Positions 1 to 12,834 of a stretch of DNA of 64,000 nucleotides are shown here, piece by piece. Below the pieces are notes generated by a model. It worked only from the letters and a program-made list of their open reading frames with translations, was not told where the DNA came from and made no database searches. Position 1 is the stretch's first letter, and each line of letters starts with the position of its first letter. This DNA comes from Lama guanicoe. Lineage: Eukaryota. Both the position numbers and the translations under genes were made by a program. The stretch is from the NCBI GenBank assembly GCA_013239625.1, contig MU053881.1, positions 3,474,001 through 3,538,000 on the forward strand, written 5' to 3'.

Positions 1-369
1 TCCCAGTAACGTGATTCTTTCCCAAGTCTGGGCCTGAGTCCAGTTGCACATGGAGTGACTTTTCTCATTCAGCCTGGACTCACCCTAAGAAGATAAGTCT
101 TTGAGCCCCTGGAGGTGATGAGCTGCTATCATCTTCCCAAATTGGGGGAAGATGCTGTCACTCCATTCCCGAGTGATACAGCTGGGTGAGAAGGCAGAGG
201 CTTTTAGGACAGACTTAGATGTTCATTCGTTAGAACTACAAGAAGAAAAAATAAAAAATGTCAGTCTCCATGAATGATGAATTTGCCTTGCCTTGCAGGG
301 TGAAGGAAACAGAACAGCAGATCAAGCAACACCACAGGCTGTGCTTAGACAGCTTAGTCTCAGGCGGAG

Positions 370-690
370 GGGCTTGAGTTCAAGTCCTAACCCTGTAGCT
401 AATTAACTGGTAGACTTTGACTTGCTTATGCCCCTCTGTGAGTGTCAGTTTCCACGTCTGGAAAATAAGGTGGTGATGGTTACCATGTTTACTTCCAGCA
501 TCAACATTTTCAGGACCACAAGCCCAGAGAGTGTTCTGTCCGAGGCTGGCTTGATGGGAGTTTGTGCTGAGTCTGAGTTTCCCCATCCTTCATGTTGTTC
601 ATGATTCTTCCTGTTCTGTTTTGCATGGGTCCTCCGAGCGTCAAATGAGATCACGGTTGTGAAAATACTTTAAAATGGTATAGCGCGTGC
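370..690 (+). mobile_element. MIR SINE relic, split in two pieces
   Basis: gagttcaagtcctaac...cctctgtgagtgtcagtttccacgtctggaaaataag resembles the MIR core; the 3' part (caaatgagatcac...gtgaaaatacttt) resumes near 640. Confidence 0.6.
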
Positions 691-984
691 TGAGGATGTG
701 AGTGTTTGATTAAAAACCCCAAGGCAGCCCCTGCAGATGTGAAGTGGAGAGATCACAGAGGAGGTATCAGAGAGCAAAGCTGATCTTTGGAAACTTTATT
801 CTCCTAAACAGTGTCCCTGCTGTGCTGTCTTCTTCCCAGGAGAGTGTATGTAGTCTGAGGCAGTAATTTCCACGGTGCAACTGACTCAGCAGGGAACAGG
901 GTAACCTCAGGCAAGCTTCCTATCCAATGTGTGCCCCTGGTTCTGTGGGTGACAGGGGATAGGTGGACACCCTCAGCCTGGACC

Positions 985-1120
985 CCTCACTCTGTGACCT
1001 CAGGCCGTTGACACATCCTTTCTGAAGGGTTGGGTTCCTCATCTGACAAATGGGAAAATAAAATCTCCCTGTCTGGGATGCTGCAAGAATCAATCTGATG
1101 ACACGGTAAGAGTGTTCTGG
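985..1120 (+). mobile_element. MIR SINE fragment
   Basis: ctgtgacctcaggc...ttcctcatctgacaaatggga MIR core motif. Confidence 0.65.
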
Positions 1121-1811
1121 AGAATTGAGAGTGTGCTGAAGACAAGACTGCCTTTCCCAAGCTGAGACTGGATACTTCCCCTGGAGTTAGTTAAGACTTT
1201 AGAGAAATTTAAGGTACTGTCTCCTAGACCCTCTCAGCTAGACAAAAGAGCTAAGAATCTTGCGAGTTGCCTCATAGCAACCTGATAATCCAAAGCAGAG
1301 AGCAACCTGTCAGTGAGAATTCGGCATGTGGTTTTAGGCATGGCGTTGAGCATGAACAGTTTCATAAGAAACACAGAAAGATTTTAAATGAGTTCCAGTA
1401 GCTGGAGGCAGAGAAAGGTGAAAATGAAAAGAGGATTTAGGGCTTCCAAATTTCTAGAGGTAGCGTGTAGTCGTGCTGAGAAGACCCATCCTGGAGGCAA
1501 CAGCAAGATACCTGTGGTTTGTCCTGGGTATCTACAAGTCCACAGAATCTCCTAACCCATTAATTGGGTTTATTGTTACGTTTATTTTGTTATCCTGTGA
1601 CCCCCGAAAGGGTCACTGAAAAGGGGGTCTGGAACTGGAATTACATCCCATAGAGCTAGCACTCCTGAGGCTGGTACACAAACCACCCATTCCATGAGGA
1701 GGTATGGATCTCTTGGGGTTCTTGTGGCCCCAGTGGACTGGAAAAGTTTGATTCATTTTCGTATTCAGCCCAGTCTTTTCATTCTTTTAAAAGAATATCA
1801 CCCGTGACACC

Positions 1812-2048
1812 TGGTTTAGTAAAATGATTAAAATCTCAGAATTGGGAGCAGAGAGAGCTGGGTTCACATCCTGACTCTTACTGACTGTGGATTTGGGAGA
1901 AGTGCTTGACCTCTCTGGGTCACAGTTTCCCCATCTGCGAAACTGGAATAATTGGACTTAATTAAGTAAGATGAGGTATGCTCAGCGTTTGGCATAACGC
2001 AAGGCCTGTGACAAGCACCCAGTAAATGTTAGCCATTATTACTATCAC
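1812..2048 (+). mobile_element. MIR SINE, near full length
   Basis: ctgggttcacatcctgactct...cttgacctctctgggtcacagtttccccatctgcgaaactgg...taaatgttagccattattact follows the MIR layout. Confidence 0.8.
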
Positions 2049-2193
2049 AAAGAAGGAGAACCAGAGATATATTGAGAGCAGAAACTGTTCCCGCCTCCAC
2101 CCTCCCCCAGGATTCACTAACAAAACTCAGCCCCAGGGGAGATGGGTGTTCCATAATCTCTTCAGAAACTCGTTGGCTTCCAGCTCAGTTTAG

Positions 2194-2298
2194 GTATGTA
2201 TATGTATGACTGAAACATTTTGCTCTACACCAGAAATTGACACGACATTGAAAACTGACTATATGATAATAAACAAACAAAAAAGAAAGTGAAAAAAA
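2194..2298 (+). mobile_element. L1 extreme 3' end with A-rich tail
   Basis: tatgactgaaacattttgctctacaccagaaattgacacgacattgaaaactgactat then A-rich tail; same terminus as the other L1 copies here. Confidence 0.8.
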
Positions 2299-2404
2299 TT
2301 GAGTAGCCATCAAGGTAGGTAAATGGATCTCTTTTCACTCTTTTATTTTGTTTTGAGTCTTGTTAGTTTGCTGACTGGAGAGCCATCCACCTGGCGGACC
2401 AAGG

Positions 2405-2881
2405 TGTGAACGAAAAATACTGCAAACCATATGAGTAAGCAAAGAATGCTGAGGCCATCAAGTCACCAGCGGGGCTGCCACACGCCCCCTGCAGCATTGA
2501 AGACGAGCCTGCAGCCTGGCTTCTGCGGCCTGAGGGAACTCAGAATAAGAAAGGACAGGACGCTGGCCCTAGATAGCTAAGTGCTTGTCAAAGGAACGAA
2601 TTCAATGAGCCCAAATGTTTGCTTCCTCCTGTACACAGAAAAGCGCTAAATTCTTTAACTTGAGATGCCTGGTTTTCTTTAGGTAACAAGGAATCTTTTA
2701 TTGTTCCAACTACCTGGTCTTTGTTGTAAAGCTCCTATATATCCTAGCTCCTCCCCTACCTCTTCGGAGCAGTCCCTCAGAGCCATCTGAGAGGCTGTCA
2801 TCCTGGGCTGAGTCCTCAGAATTGTCCACCGAATAAAATATATTTCTCAACTTTTAGGTTGTGTCTTTATTTCTGTCGACA
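2405..2881 (+). mobile_element. ERV1-class solo LTR (477 bp)
   Basis: TG...CA termini (tgtgaac...gtcgaca), TATATA 2736-2741, AATAAA 2832-2837, 4-bp flanks aagg/aagt (TSD with one mismatch). Confidence 0.8.
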
Positions 2882-3539
2882 AAGTCAACCGCCAGCTACT
2901 AACACTGGCCCCCGGGTGTATCTGACGGCTTTACTGCTTACTTGGTGTGGAGAACCAATTTCCATTTCAGACTCAATGCCTCCAAAGGCCCTTGATACCT
3001 GGCCTCCAACTCTTTGACCTTTGTAAGCCACCAGATATGTTTTTTTTTTTTCCCTCCAATACTTTGCAGCTTAACGCCTCGATTGTTTCAAGTTTCTTTT
3101 AGAAAATTGTTTTGATTGCCTGAGTCTCTCTATAGTTTGGTCTGGGTTCTTTCTTCACCTGCTCAAGTGTGACATACTCTTTTTGAATTTGTTCAAATTA
3201 TGCATTCAATTAGCAAAGCACCATATTAAATGATGACACCTCACTGAACACAGAGCTCTCTTAAATTCTGTATCTTAGCAATTAGCTGCTGTCTAATCCA
3301 TTGACAGAGTTTTAGAAACGAATAAACTTTCAAACGTTATTCCTGATCATTTTGAATCCATTTATTAAAAAAAAAGCTTTATCTCTTTCATTTTTCTTTT
3401 TGCAGTTTTGAAATTTTTATAAATGGGTCTTACAGAGCTTTGAAATGTAGATCAGATAATCTTCTGAAAATATTTGTTGGCAGCCCTGTGACTGTCAGAT
3501 TTCCATGAATATTTTACATTTAAATAGGATCCTGATGGT

Positions 3540-3835
3540 ACAAACTCTATTAACGAACCAAAAACAGACTCAACGGACAGAAAACAAACTATGGTTACCA
3601 AAGAGGAATGGGTAGGGAGGGATAAATTAAAGGGTTGGGAATTGACAGACACACATTATTATATAAAATAGATAAAAAACAAGGTCCTACTGTATAGCAC
3701 AGGGATAGCCTATAATGAAAAAGAATATGAAAAGGAATATATACATATTCTTATATACGTATGACTGAATCACCATGTTGCACACCAGAAATTAACACAA
3801 CCATTGTAAACCCACTATACTTCAATTAAAAAAAT
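3540..3835 (+). mobile_element. L1 3' UTR, 5'-truncated
   Basis: aaacagactca...tatggttaccaaag...ggtcctactgtatagcacaggg...caccagaaattaacacaac...tatacttcaattaaaaaaa. Confidence 0.9.
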
Positions 3836-4124
3836 CGTTTTTAAAGCATTGCTTTTACAGGAAGGGTACTCAGTCTTCCTCTCGACCATGTGCTGCATCT
3901 TCGGTCTCTTTGAAAGGACTGAATCCTCAAAGCTGAACAGTTTTGGGCCCAGGTGTCGGAAGGCACCATTATTAATGACGATGGTGATGATGAAAGCGGG
4001 GGCTGCCATTTTTGAAGGGGCTGTTTTCAATGTTTTCCATGCTTTGATGTCATCCTCCAAATGTTCCAAGGAGGAAATAGAAGCTTGGAGAGCTCAGTCT
4101 GATGGCAAGCCTTTGCGGCTAACC

Positions 4125-4325
4125 GTCACCTGTCTGGGGCTTTCCCATGTGTAATGCCACAAAATCCTCACAACCGCAAGGTGACTATTTCATTAAGCCC
4201 CATTTAACAGATATAGAAATTGAGACATGCAATCCCCTGACTTGAGAAACATCTCCCAACAAGTAAACAGAAAAGTTAAGCTTAGAACGTGTGTCTTTGG
4301 GCTCCAGATTCGGAGTTTTTCCTAC
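4125..4325 (-). mobile_element. MIR SINE
   Basis: aatcctcacaacc...ccccatttaacagatatagaaattgagac is the reverse-complement MIR core. Confidence 0.7.
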
Positions 4326-5084
4326 CGTTTCTCAATGCCAGCACTAATGTGCCTTTAAAATATTTAGAAGATCCAGATTGGTGATTTTGATCAGCTAAGG
4401 GCGTGTGATTTCCACTCTCTTCCACTAGCTGGCACCCAGGAGGTCAGAGTATTTCAGCATCTTCCCTGGAACCACACCTTCCGCCGTGATGTCTATCAAA
4501 ACCTTTCCCTTGCTCTGGGGCTTGCCACAATCCCACATCTCCTAGGACATCCGATCATCAAAATCAACCCCTACAAAGTCCTCTGGGGTTCTCGTGGCAT
4601 TGTAGGCCAGAGCGCTGAGTCTCCAGCCTCACTGGATTTCAATTCTGTGGGGTCCGTAAGTTGCATGTGAGCCCCTTGGAGCCCTGTTCTGTTTTTGGCA
4701 GGGAGATACGATTGATCCTGACTTCTTGAGTACTTACTCCATACTCCCCTGTAACAGTGCTGGCCTCCACCACTCTCACCACGAGCTTCTCATCTACCAA
4801 GAATCATGTCTCCCCTAGCCAGCCTGTGTGCTATAGCACATACTAGGTGCCCAGTCAGTGTTCACTGACTGAATTAATTCACTTTTTCTCTTAAGAGCAG
4901 CTAGCAGCCACTGGCATGGGAGCAGTGGGATTGCGTGGATGCCCATTAATGTACGCATCTACGGTAGGGCACTGAGGACCCAGACATAAACTGGAAGTCG
5001 TCTGTAAGGAACCCATTTTGTGCCAGACCACAGTCTCCAAGATCACATTTAATTTTCCCCCAAACCATACATTTGAGTCCATTC

Positions 5085-5364
5085 ACAAATGAGTAATCTG
5101 AAGCTTAGAGGTTAAACAGCTTGCCCTAGCTTATACGCAGAGCTTGTGTAGAGCTTAGGTTCAAACCCAGTCAGTTTTGGTGAAGATGCCAGTGCCTGGT
5201 ACACAGTAGGTGCTCAACGAATAGTAGCTGTCATCAAGTTGTCATCATTATTCAAAGAACAGGCTTTGAAGCCAGGCAGTCCTATGTATAAATACTGGTT
5301 CTGCCACTTAGTAGCTGTGTGACCTTGAGTAAGTCACTGACCTCTCTGGGCCTCAGTTTCTGCA
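5085..5364. mobile_element. Cluster of MIR fragments in both orientations
   Basis: Minus piece 5085-5180 (gaagcttagaggttaaacagcttgccc), a 3' tail at 5190-5250, and a plus piece 5255-5364 (tctgccacttagtagctgtgtgaccttgagtaagtcac...cctcagtttc). Confidence 0.75.
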
Positions 5365-5812
5365 TTATTATGAGTTAACATTTGGTTTGGCTATGAGTAC
5401 AAGAAAAGCCAAAGTAACAGTGGCTTAAACAAGATAAATGTTTATTTCTCACTCCTATAAATGTCAACAGGTAAGCAATTCAGAACTGGTAGGATAGTTT
5501 TACAATCTTCAGGGATCCAGGCCCTCTCCTCTTGGCTGCTCTGTCAGCAGGAAGTTTTCACCTCATGGCCCACAATGGCTGCTAAGCACCAGCCACTGTG
5601 ACCTATTTCCAACTAACAGGAAGGAATAAGGAATATAGTGGGATTCTCTGCCTCTCTTTAAGGCATACTTCCTGGAAGTCATATGTAACACTTGGACTTA
5701 CAGCTCTTCAGGCAGAATTTGTCACGTGGCCCCACTTGGAAATAAGGGATTCTAAATAACTCAGTCTTTATCCCAGCAGCCATGCATCCAGGTAGAACTG
5801 AGGTCCTATTGC
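5365..5812 (-). mobile_element. Old MaLR LTR (MLT1J/K/L-like)
   Basis: aacagtggcttaaacaagataaatgtttatttctc, cacaatggctgc...cagcca, cttcctggaagtc and gcagaatttgtcacgtggcc are MLT1 hallmark blocks. Confidence 0.75.
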
Positions 5813-6184
5813 TTTTTTCTTTCTTTCTTTCTTTTACTGAAATATAGTTGATGTAAAATGTTATGTGTGTTTCTGGTGTGCAGCATAATGATTCAGTTAT
5901 ACACGTATATAGTCTTTTCCATATTCTTTTTCATTATATGTTATTACAAGATATTGAATATAGTTCCCTGTGCTATCAAATACCAATGATATCACTTTTA
6001 TGTAGACTTTAAAACAATAACACAAATGAACTTATTTACAAAACAGAAACAGACTCACAGACATAGAAAACAAACTTATGGTTACCAGGAGGAATGGAGA
6101 GAGGGATAAATTGGGAGTTCGGTATTTACAGAAACTAATTACTATGTATAAAATAAACAACAAGTTCTAACCGTATATAGCACA
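5813..6184 (-). mobile_element. L1 3' end with 5' inversion (minus 5813-5976, plus 5977-6184)
   Basis: T-rich tail plus reverse-complement 3' UTR to ...ccctgtgctat, directly joined to forward-strand caaatacc...tatagcaca, which is the L1 segment immediately upstream. Confidence 0.85.
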
Positions 6185-6209
6185 TCCTTTTAAACACTAA
6201 GCTATACTT

Positions 6210-6503
6210 TTTTAATTGAAGTATAGTTGATTTACAATGTTGTGTTAACTTCTGGTGTGCAGCAAAGTGATTCAGTTATACACACACACATATATATAAA
6301 AGGAATATATATGTTCCTTTTCAAATATATATATATATATGTATATATATATATTCCTTTTCAAATTCTTTTTCATTATAGGCCATCACAAGGTATTGAA
6401 TATAGTTCCCTGTGCTAGACAGTAGGACCTTGTTGTTTATCTATTTTGTATATAGTTAGTATCTATAAATCCCTAACTCCCAAGTTATCTCTACAGCATA
6501 TCC
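6210..6503 (-). mobile_element. L1 3' UTR insertion with 13-bp TSD
   Basis: ttttaattgaagtatagttgatttacaatg... flanked by exact ctaagctatactt at 6197-6209 and 6504-6516. Confidence 0.9.
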
Positions 6504-6539
6504 CTAAGCTATACTTCAGAAGTTGTCCAATCCACCCCT

Positions 6540-6830
6540 CTTCACTTGTTCATTTTCATCTATTGATGGATTCATCCATCAGTTATTCCCACCTACTATG
6601 CTGCTGGGCTGGATGCTGGTGATGCAGAAATGGGCGGGACATCATTCTGGTGCTCCAGGAACTCCAAGGGTAAAGAGGGAAGTGGATGAATCAGCAAACA
6701 GTGCAGTGCCACCCAATGGAAATCTGAGTAGGGTCAGGAGGGACCCAAGACAGGGAGTGGTTGGTCCTAGAGGCTGGCAAAGGAAAACTACCAGGAGAAG
6801 CTTCACAGAAAATATCCCTTTTGAGCTGGG
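6540..6830 (-). mobile_element. L2 LINE 3' fragment
   Basis: ttcatccatcag...cacctactatg...gatgctggtgatgcagaaatg and gaagcttcacagaaa...ttttgagctggg resemble the reverse-complement L2 3' end. Confidence 0.6.
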
Positions 6831-7924
6831 TGTCTCACAATCCCTGGACTTGGCATTCAAGACTATTCACAGCCTTGACCCAGTGTGCCTTGCCAGCACC
6901 CCACCCAGCTTCTCCTTCCACCTAAAGCTTCACTCCCACATTACCAGCCCACTCATAATGCTGCTCAGCAGCTGGCCCATGGTCAAGTGCAGGGGGTGGC
7001 AAAACTTTCACCCCCATGGGGCAAAGAGTGAAGGAAGGTCTGGGAGCCACTCTTCCATAAGCTTACATGTGTCCGGTGGGAAGAACATGCCTTCATTTTT
7101 CACTGTGCTCTTCCTAATTTGTTCATGTAAAAATTACGCTTTCTTTTTTTAAGGAATGATGTAAGAATAGAATAGATGGTAATTCTTTTTGTTTGTTGTT
7201 TTTTTTTTTTCTGTTAACTATTTCACTTGGCACAATGGATGCTGACACTTAGAATTCCTTTAAGGCACTGGTCTGTGAAACTGCAAAGCCTGTGATCACT
7301 GTTTTTCTCTTCTACTGCAGATGACTTAGCCCAGTTTTCCTTCCGGAAGCCACTAGCTGTGATGTCCACTTATACTGACATCACCAGAAACTGCTCCTTG
7401 AGGATCTCAGCTCAGCACTCACGTGCGTGTGCATCCTCTTCCATGTGGGGCATACCCTCGTGGTCACCTACCCACATCTGCTACTTCCCCCTCCTCCCTT
7501 CTCAGAGAACCTGTTGCCCACCCCATGGTCCAGCTGTCAGATACTGGATTCCCCAGCCTCCCTGAAAAGGAGAGGTGATCATGAGATCCACCTGTACCCA
7601 ATGGCAGGTCAGCTGAGGGATTCTGGGAAAGATTTTGCAGCCAGATGGAAAGAGCACATGGTGGGGATGCTGCCCTTCCCGTGTATGGCTGGGGCCCTTG
7701 GGGTGTGAGTATGAGGGGTTCCCAGCTGCCACAGCCACTGCTGCCACCAAGAGAATGGCTGAGAGGTCAGCCCAGAGTTCTGATACCCTGAGCTACTGAG
7801 CGCGCGGGGCCACTGCAGACTTCCTGCTCAGCCAGGCTGGTGAGCCCTTCTGAACCTAATTGCCACACATGGCCTAACCTCTGGCCCTTAGTGGGAGAAA
7901 CAGGCCCAACGGCCTCTCTATGGA

Positions 7925-8445
7925 AATCATTTTATGAAATATTTACAGCATACATAGAAGTCCACAGACCAAAATAATGAACACTTGTGCACTCCCCACT
8001 TGGCTTGGTAAATCTGAACATCGCCCTATTCCTTTCAAATTTCTCAAGAATGTTTTACAAATAAAACATCACAGATAGAGTTGAAGTTCCGTAGTGCCCC
8101 TCCCTGGCCCAAGTTGCTTACCTCCCCAGAGATAACTTCTCAACTGAAGTATAAAACATATAAACGTAAGGGCTTATAAAATTCCCCTGTATGATTTTGC
8201 ATTGTTAGTCCACTGGCAGGAGCCCATAAATAATACAGAGTATTGGATACATGGTAGCAGATAAATGGGAATCATTTTGTAATTTACTCTAATCCAATAT
8301 GATGTTTTTTGATGCTTAGCCACGTACCTGGACACCCTTCACTTGAACACGTGTGTCATGTTCCAGAGTTGTGTGTTTTCTCCTGTTGTTGGACGTTTAG
8401 ATTGTTTCCAGTTTTGGAATATTGCAGCCAGGGCTGCGGTGAACC
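7925..8445 (-). mobile_element. Old L1ME-type 3' fragment
   Basis: tttatgaaatattta...catacatagaag, ctccccagagataac, tcctgttgttggacgtttagattgtttccagtttt. Confidence 0.65.
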
Positions 8446-9339
8446 CTCGCCTATATTCGCTGGTGCAAGATGAGCTCCCTCTTAATAGTTCCTCTGCGTC
8501 TGATTATGCTTGAGCAGAAAGGAAATGCAGGGCAAGGCTGGACCTTGACAGGGGGAGATTGCATCGCCCACCGGAAGAGCACAGAGATGGCCCCTTCGTC
8601 ACGAATCAATTTCCAGTTGATTTCTTTAGACACCTTGGCTCAAGGCTTACGCACCTGGACGTAGCTGCCCAGCCTTGGGGCTGGAGGCCGCCACGATCCG
8701 CCCAGGATGCTGCAGCTGGTGGAGATTCACGATGACTCTTCCTGGTGGCTGTTGATAAATTTCCACAGTCCTCTGTGAGTTTCATAAATCAGCTTAGAAG
8801 CCAAATAATTGAGGTGGGTTAATTTTAGCTCCTCATTTCTTCTTAGAAAAGTTAGCTGTTTATGAGAGATCTAAAAATTTCCCTTTCCCCAGAAGAGTTA
8901 TCTTTCAGGCCAAAAATAGTCTCACGTGGCAGCAAACTCGTGGGGTAATACATGTGAGGTCGATCAAAGGGCTTGTCCCAAGGTTGACGTCCCTCAAATC
9001 GACCCTGCGAGCACCAAGCTGGCTCCTCTGAGCTTCCTTTGCTTCTGCCACAGCGACTGAAGGATTCGGACCCCACATCATCCATGCACTTCTGTTTGCA
9101 CTTTTGTCGCAGGCAGCCATGTACAGACGTGCTCTGGGCTTACAGGACTGGGGGTTAGAAGAGACTTCTCAGGGACTTCCTTCTATTCCTCAAAGGCTTA
9201 AAAAAAAGTCTGTTCAAAACCTCTGGTTCTTCTGATCTGAGCATCATCTCGAATGTAAGGACTTTCATTAGCTATTCTTTGACTCCAGGGTTCAGGGCAG
9301 GGATTCTGAGAAAGCAGAGTGTAAAGTAAAGCAGTTTTT

Positions 9340-10110
9340 GTAAACTCCAGCACTAACCATGTCACATCTCTGTTTGGAAACTTATTAATGGCTCTCCCTG
9401 GCCAATAGTGAAAAGTCAGAACTCTTGGACTTGATGTGAACTGGCTCTGAGGACTTTTTCTAGAACCACCCTTTTTCTTCATTTTTTTCCTGCATGCTGT
9501 TTATTTTCTATTCACATAGAACGACACCCTTTCCCCCAACGCATACCTCCCTTCCCACATTGTCTCAGCATCCTCCACCTGGGATGCTCTTCCCTCCCTC
9601 CTCCCTCTCTCCATCCTTCCATCCTTACTCATCTTTCAAAACCCAGGTCCAATGCCCCATCTCCCAGCAAATTTTTTGCACCCATCCCCAGCCACCTCAC
9701 TTATGTGCAAATTATCATCTTGTGTTTCTGTGTGTCTGTCTCTCCAACTATATTGTACCTTCTGTGATGATAGGAGCTATGTTGCATGTACCTGTGTTAC
9801 CCTAGAACCTCACAGAGATGCAGAGTTCAGAGCTCTGGAATCCAACAGGCTTTGGTATCATGTCCCAACTCCAGCACACATAGTGGCATGACATTGAACA
9901 GTCACTTAAATGGCTTTACTTTCAGATTTCACATCCATAAAATGAAAATTATTGCCTTATCAATGTCATAAAGAGACTGTAAGGATGCTAGAAATGCATT
10001 TTTAAAAGAGACTGGAACAGAGTAAATGCTTGGTAAATGTCAGCTACGTTGACAGTACCTAGTATGTTTCCTGGTACATAGTAGGTGGTCAATTAACATT
10101 AGTTACATAA
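9340..10110 (+). mobile_element. L2 fragments interrupted by a MIR (about 9815-10050)
   Basis: cctccacctgggatgctcttccc...ccttactcatctttcaaaacccagg (L2); gctctggaatccaacagg...catgacattgaacagtcacttaa...catccataaaatg (MIR). Confidence 0.65.
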
Positions 10111-10804
10111 TCATTTATTGCATGATATGGTCATAATTCAGATAAGTCTCTGAAACATTCAAGTGTCTTGCATACTTTGACTAGTGCCCAAGTGCTGAGT
10201 TAACTAAGTCACAGTCATCCACACACTGGATTTTCTGTCTATCAAATCCCGTGGGCTTTGCATACTGCACACGCCCTTCTGGATGAACCCCTTGCAGGTG
10301 TCCTAGTGGAACTTTGGCAGTTATGACTCATGGGGCTCTGAAATTGCTTGCTTCCTTTTCTTCATCTGACTTTAGAATTTTGTGACTTTTTCACTGGGTT
10401 CTAGGGAATTTTAAATACAAATTATCACATCACTAAAATACCCTGATATGACAGCTGCTGCTGTGTGCACCATATTTCAGAGTTTTCAGAAGAAAAAAAA
10501 AGTAGATGAACGCACTTAGAGATATTGTCAATAGGCTTGGGGATCATGAACGAAAAGGTGCTCTTTGAGAATTTAAATACACTTTAAAAAATAATAAAGC
10601 TAATTCTTCTTAGAATTTGTGCCACTGGGATCTGGCACTTTACATTTGATGTGCTAGAAGGTACATATGAAGAATTTTTTGTTGGTGGTATGTTGATAGT
10701 ACAACTTCATACTATGTCATTTCTGAGCAGTAGTGATTGATTTGGGAGTTAAGCCCTCATATACTTAACAGTCCCTGTAGTTCAGGTGATTCCCAGCAAA
10801 TACA

Positions 10805-11450
10805 GCCTTCATATGCATTGCTGGTGAGAAGATGGATCAGACAACCACCTGGGAGAGCAATGTGGTAATATCTAATAAGGTTCAAGGTGGATATACTCAG
10901 AAGTTCCACCTCTAGCCGTATTCTTTAGAGTAGAGGTTTCCAGATTTTTTGATCATGTTCCTTATCAGTTAAGCTTTTTTAAAAGCATGTGCTTTTAATA
11001 TAAGGGTTGTTTTTATTGGTGAATCATGTACACAATCCCTATTCTGAGATGAGTATTATTAAACATAACGTAAAAGTAGAAAATTGTAAATGGTGTCTTT
11101 AAGAAATGCAAATAGAATTTCTCCCGTTTTCTTCCTGTTCCCACACGGACTGTCTTTGCCACTCTCCTTGCAATGTATATGCCCTGCTTTGAAGAGTGCT
11201 GCATCAGATCAATTCTCTATATGTGCACAAGGAGGCAGGTAGCATCACATATGGAGCAGCAAGATATTAGAAGCAACCGAATGTTCTTCAATAGTGGAGT
11301 GAGTTAATATACCATTTATACAATGGGAGAATTTTTATACAGTGAAAACTTAAATACAATTATGATGAACACTGTTAGGTAAAAAGGAAAACTGCAGAAT
11401 ATCTACAGAAATCCATCAGGCTTAAACTCTATAAATAGGCAAAACACTAT
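10805..11450 (+). mobile_element. Old L1ME fragment interrupted by a probable hAT MITE (about 10931-11201)
   Basis: cattgctggtgag...acaaccac...ttccacctctag and later tatgtgcacaaggag...ttagaagcaaccgaatgt...caatag are collinear L1 pieces; the intervening block has degenerate Charlie-like ends. Confidence 0.55.
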
Positions 11451-11529
11451 TCATTTTACATTGTTCATTTCTTCACATTTATTCTGCTTAGGGTTCAGGG
11501 CACTTCTTAAATCTGCAGCTTTCATTACT

Positions 11530-12260
11530 TTTGGAAACTCCTTGGCTATTATCTTTTCAGTACTGCCTTTGCACCCTTCTCTCACCTTTCCTTCTGCTTT
11601 TCCATGTACATGCATTTAGTTGTTTCACCATGCCTTGTAAAGCTCCTAACTCTTTTTCTGTTTTATTCCATGCTTTTTTTCTCTCCTTGCTTCAAACTGA
11701 ATATTTTCTATTGACTTGTCTCCTTGATCACTAATCCTCTCTTCAGCTGCATCTAATCTGCTGGTAATAAGTTTATTGAGTTATTAATTCTAGTATAACA
11801 TTTTTTAATTTCTAGACTTTCCATTTTGTATAAATAGATTTCAGATCTCTGGTGCAAAACAGAAACTGGTTCTATCTTTTCTAGAAAATATTAATCACTG
11901 TCATTTTAATATCCATGTTCAATCATCTCAATAGATGGTTCTGCTATGGGTCTCTATTATGTTTGTTTGTTTTTCACTTGGTTTCTGGGCGCTTGTTCTT
12001 TTTTCTTCTGGAATACTTGAAAACTTTTGATAAAAATGTCAGACATTTTATAGGAAAAAAGTGTCAGAGATAATTTGAGGCTTGGGATTATATTCTCTTC
12101 CTCCTGAAAGGGACTTTCTTTTGCTTAGCCATGCAGTTAAGTTGGGAAAGCTCTCCTCCATCCAGTGGGGGAATGAGCTGATTAGAAGCTGGGGTCAGTC
12201 CTTGTGAGGGCTGCATGCTTTCTGCTTTGAACTTACTCCCAGAATGCACCTCTCCAGGGG
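11530..12260 (-). mobile_element. Old L1M/HAL1-like ORF1-region fragment
   Basis: T-rich; cactaatcctctcttcagctgcatctaatctgctg and ttttaatttctagactttccatttt are typical of this region. Confidence 0.6.
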
Positions 12261-12834
12261 ATCCTCTTTAGCCCTCAAGGCATTGGCTGGGGTGTAAGTG
12301 GCAGCAGGCTGAGAGACAAGAAGCTGGGTGGAGCTTTTGGCTCTTTTGCTGATCTGGGTGTGCACATCCTGGATATCTGGGTCTCCCAAGAAGAATGAGT
12401 CTTAGAAACATACAAGACTTCTAGCTGGAACATCTGAAGAACTATAAAGTTTGATATGAACACAGAATAACCTATCCTTCAAGGCACAGTATTTTGTGTT
12501 CTTCTGAGGGCTTAGTAGAGAATACCTTTGGCTTAAGAGTCAGGCATGTCTGGCTTCAAAGTGAAGAATAAGAAACAGCTCTCACAGTCTGGGGTGGAGA
12601 CAGATAGATAAAGAGACAGTTAATATGAAGGATGTTGAATGCTGAGCTAGCAGGGGCAAAAGAATTTAGGAAGCACTTATCCAGCCTGGGGAAGCTAAGG
12701 AAGGCTTCTTAGAAAAACTAAAGCCCGAACAGAGAACTGAAGGGGAAGTAAGAGTTAACTAAGTAAAGCTGGGGTGGAAAGAAGTGTCATCAGTAGATGA
12801 AACACAATTTTCAAAGTCTTTGATGGTAAAAGAA

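Noticed and set aside
6523..7152. Longest ORF (209 aa)
   Set aside because: Non-ATG start, overlaps L2 relics, no recognisable domain.
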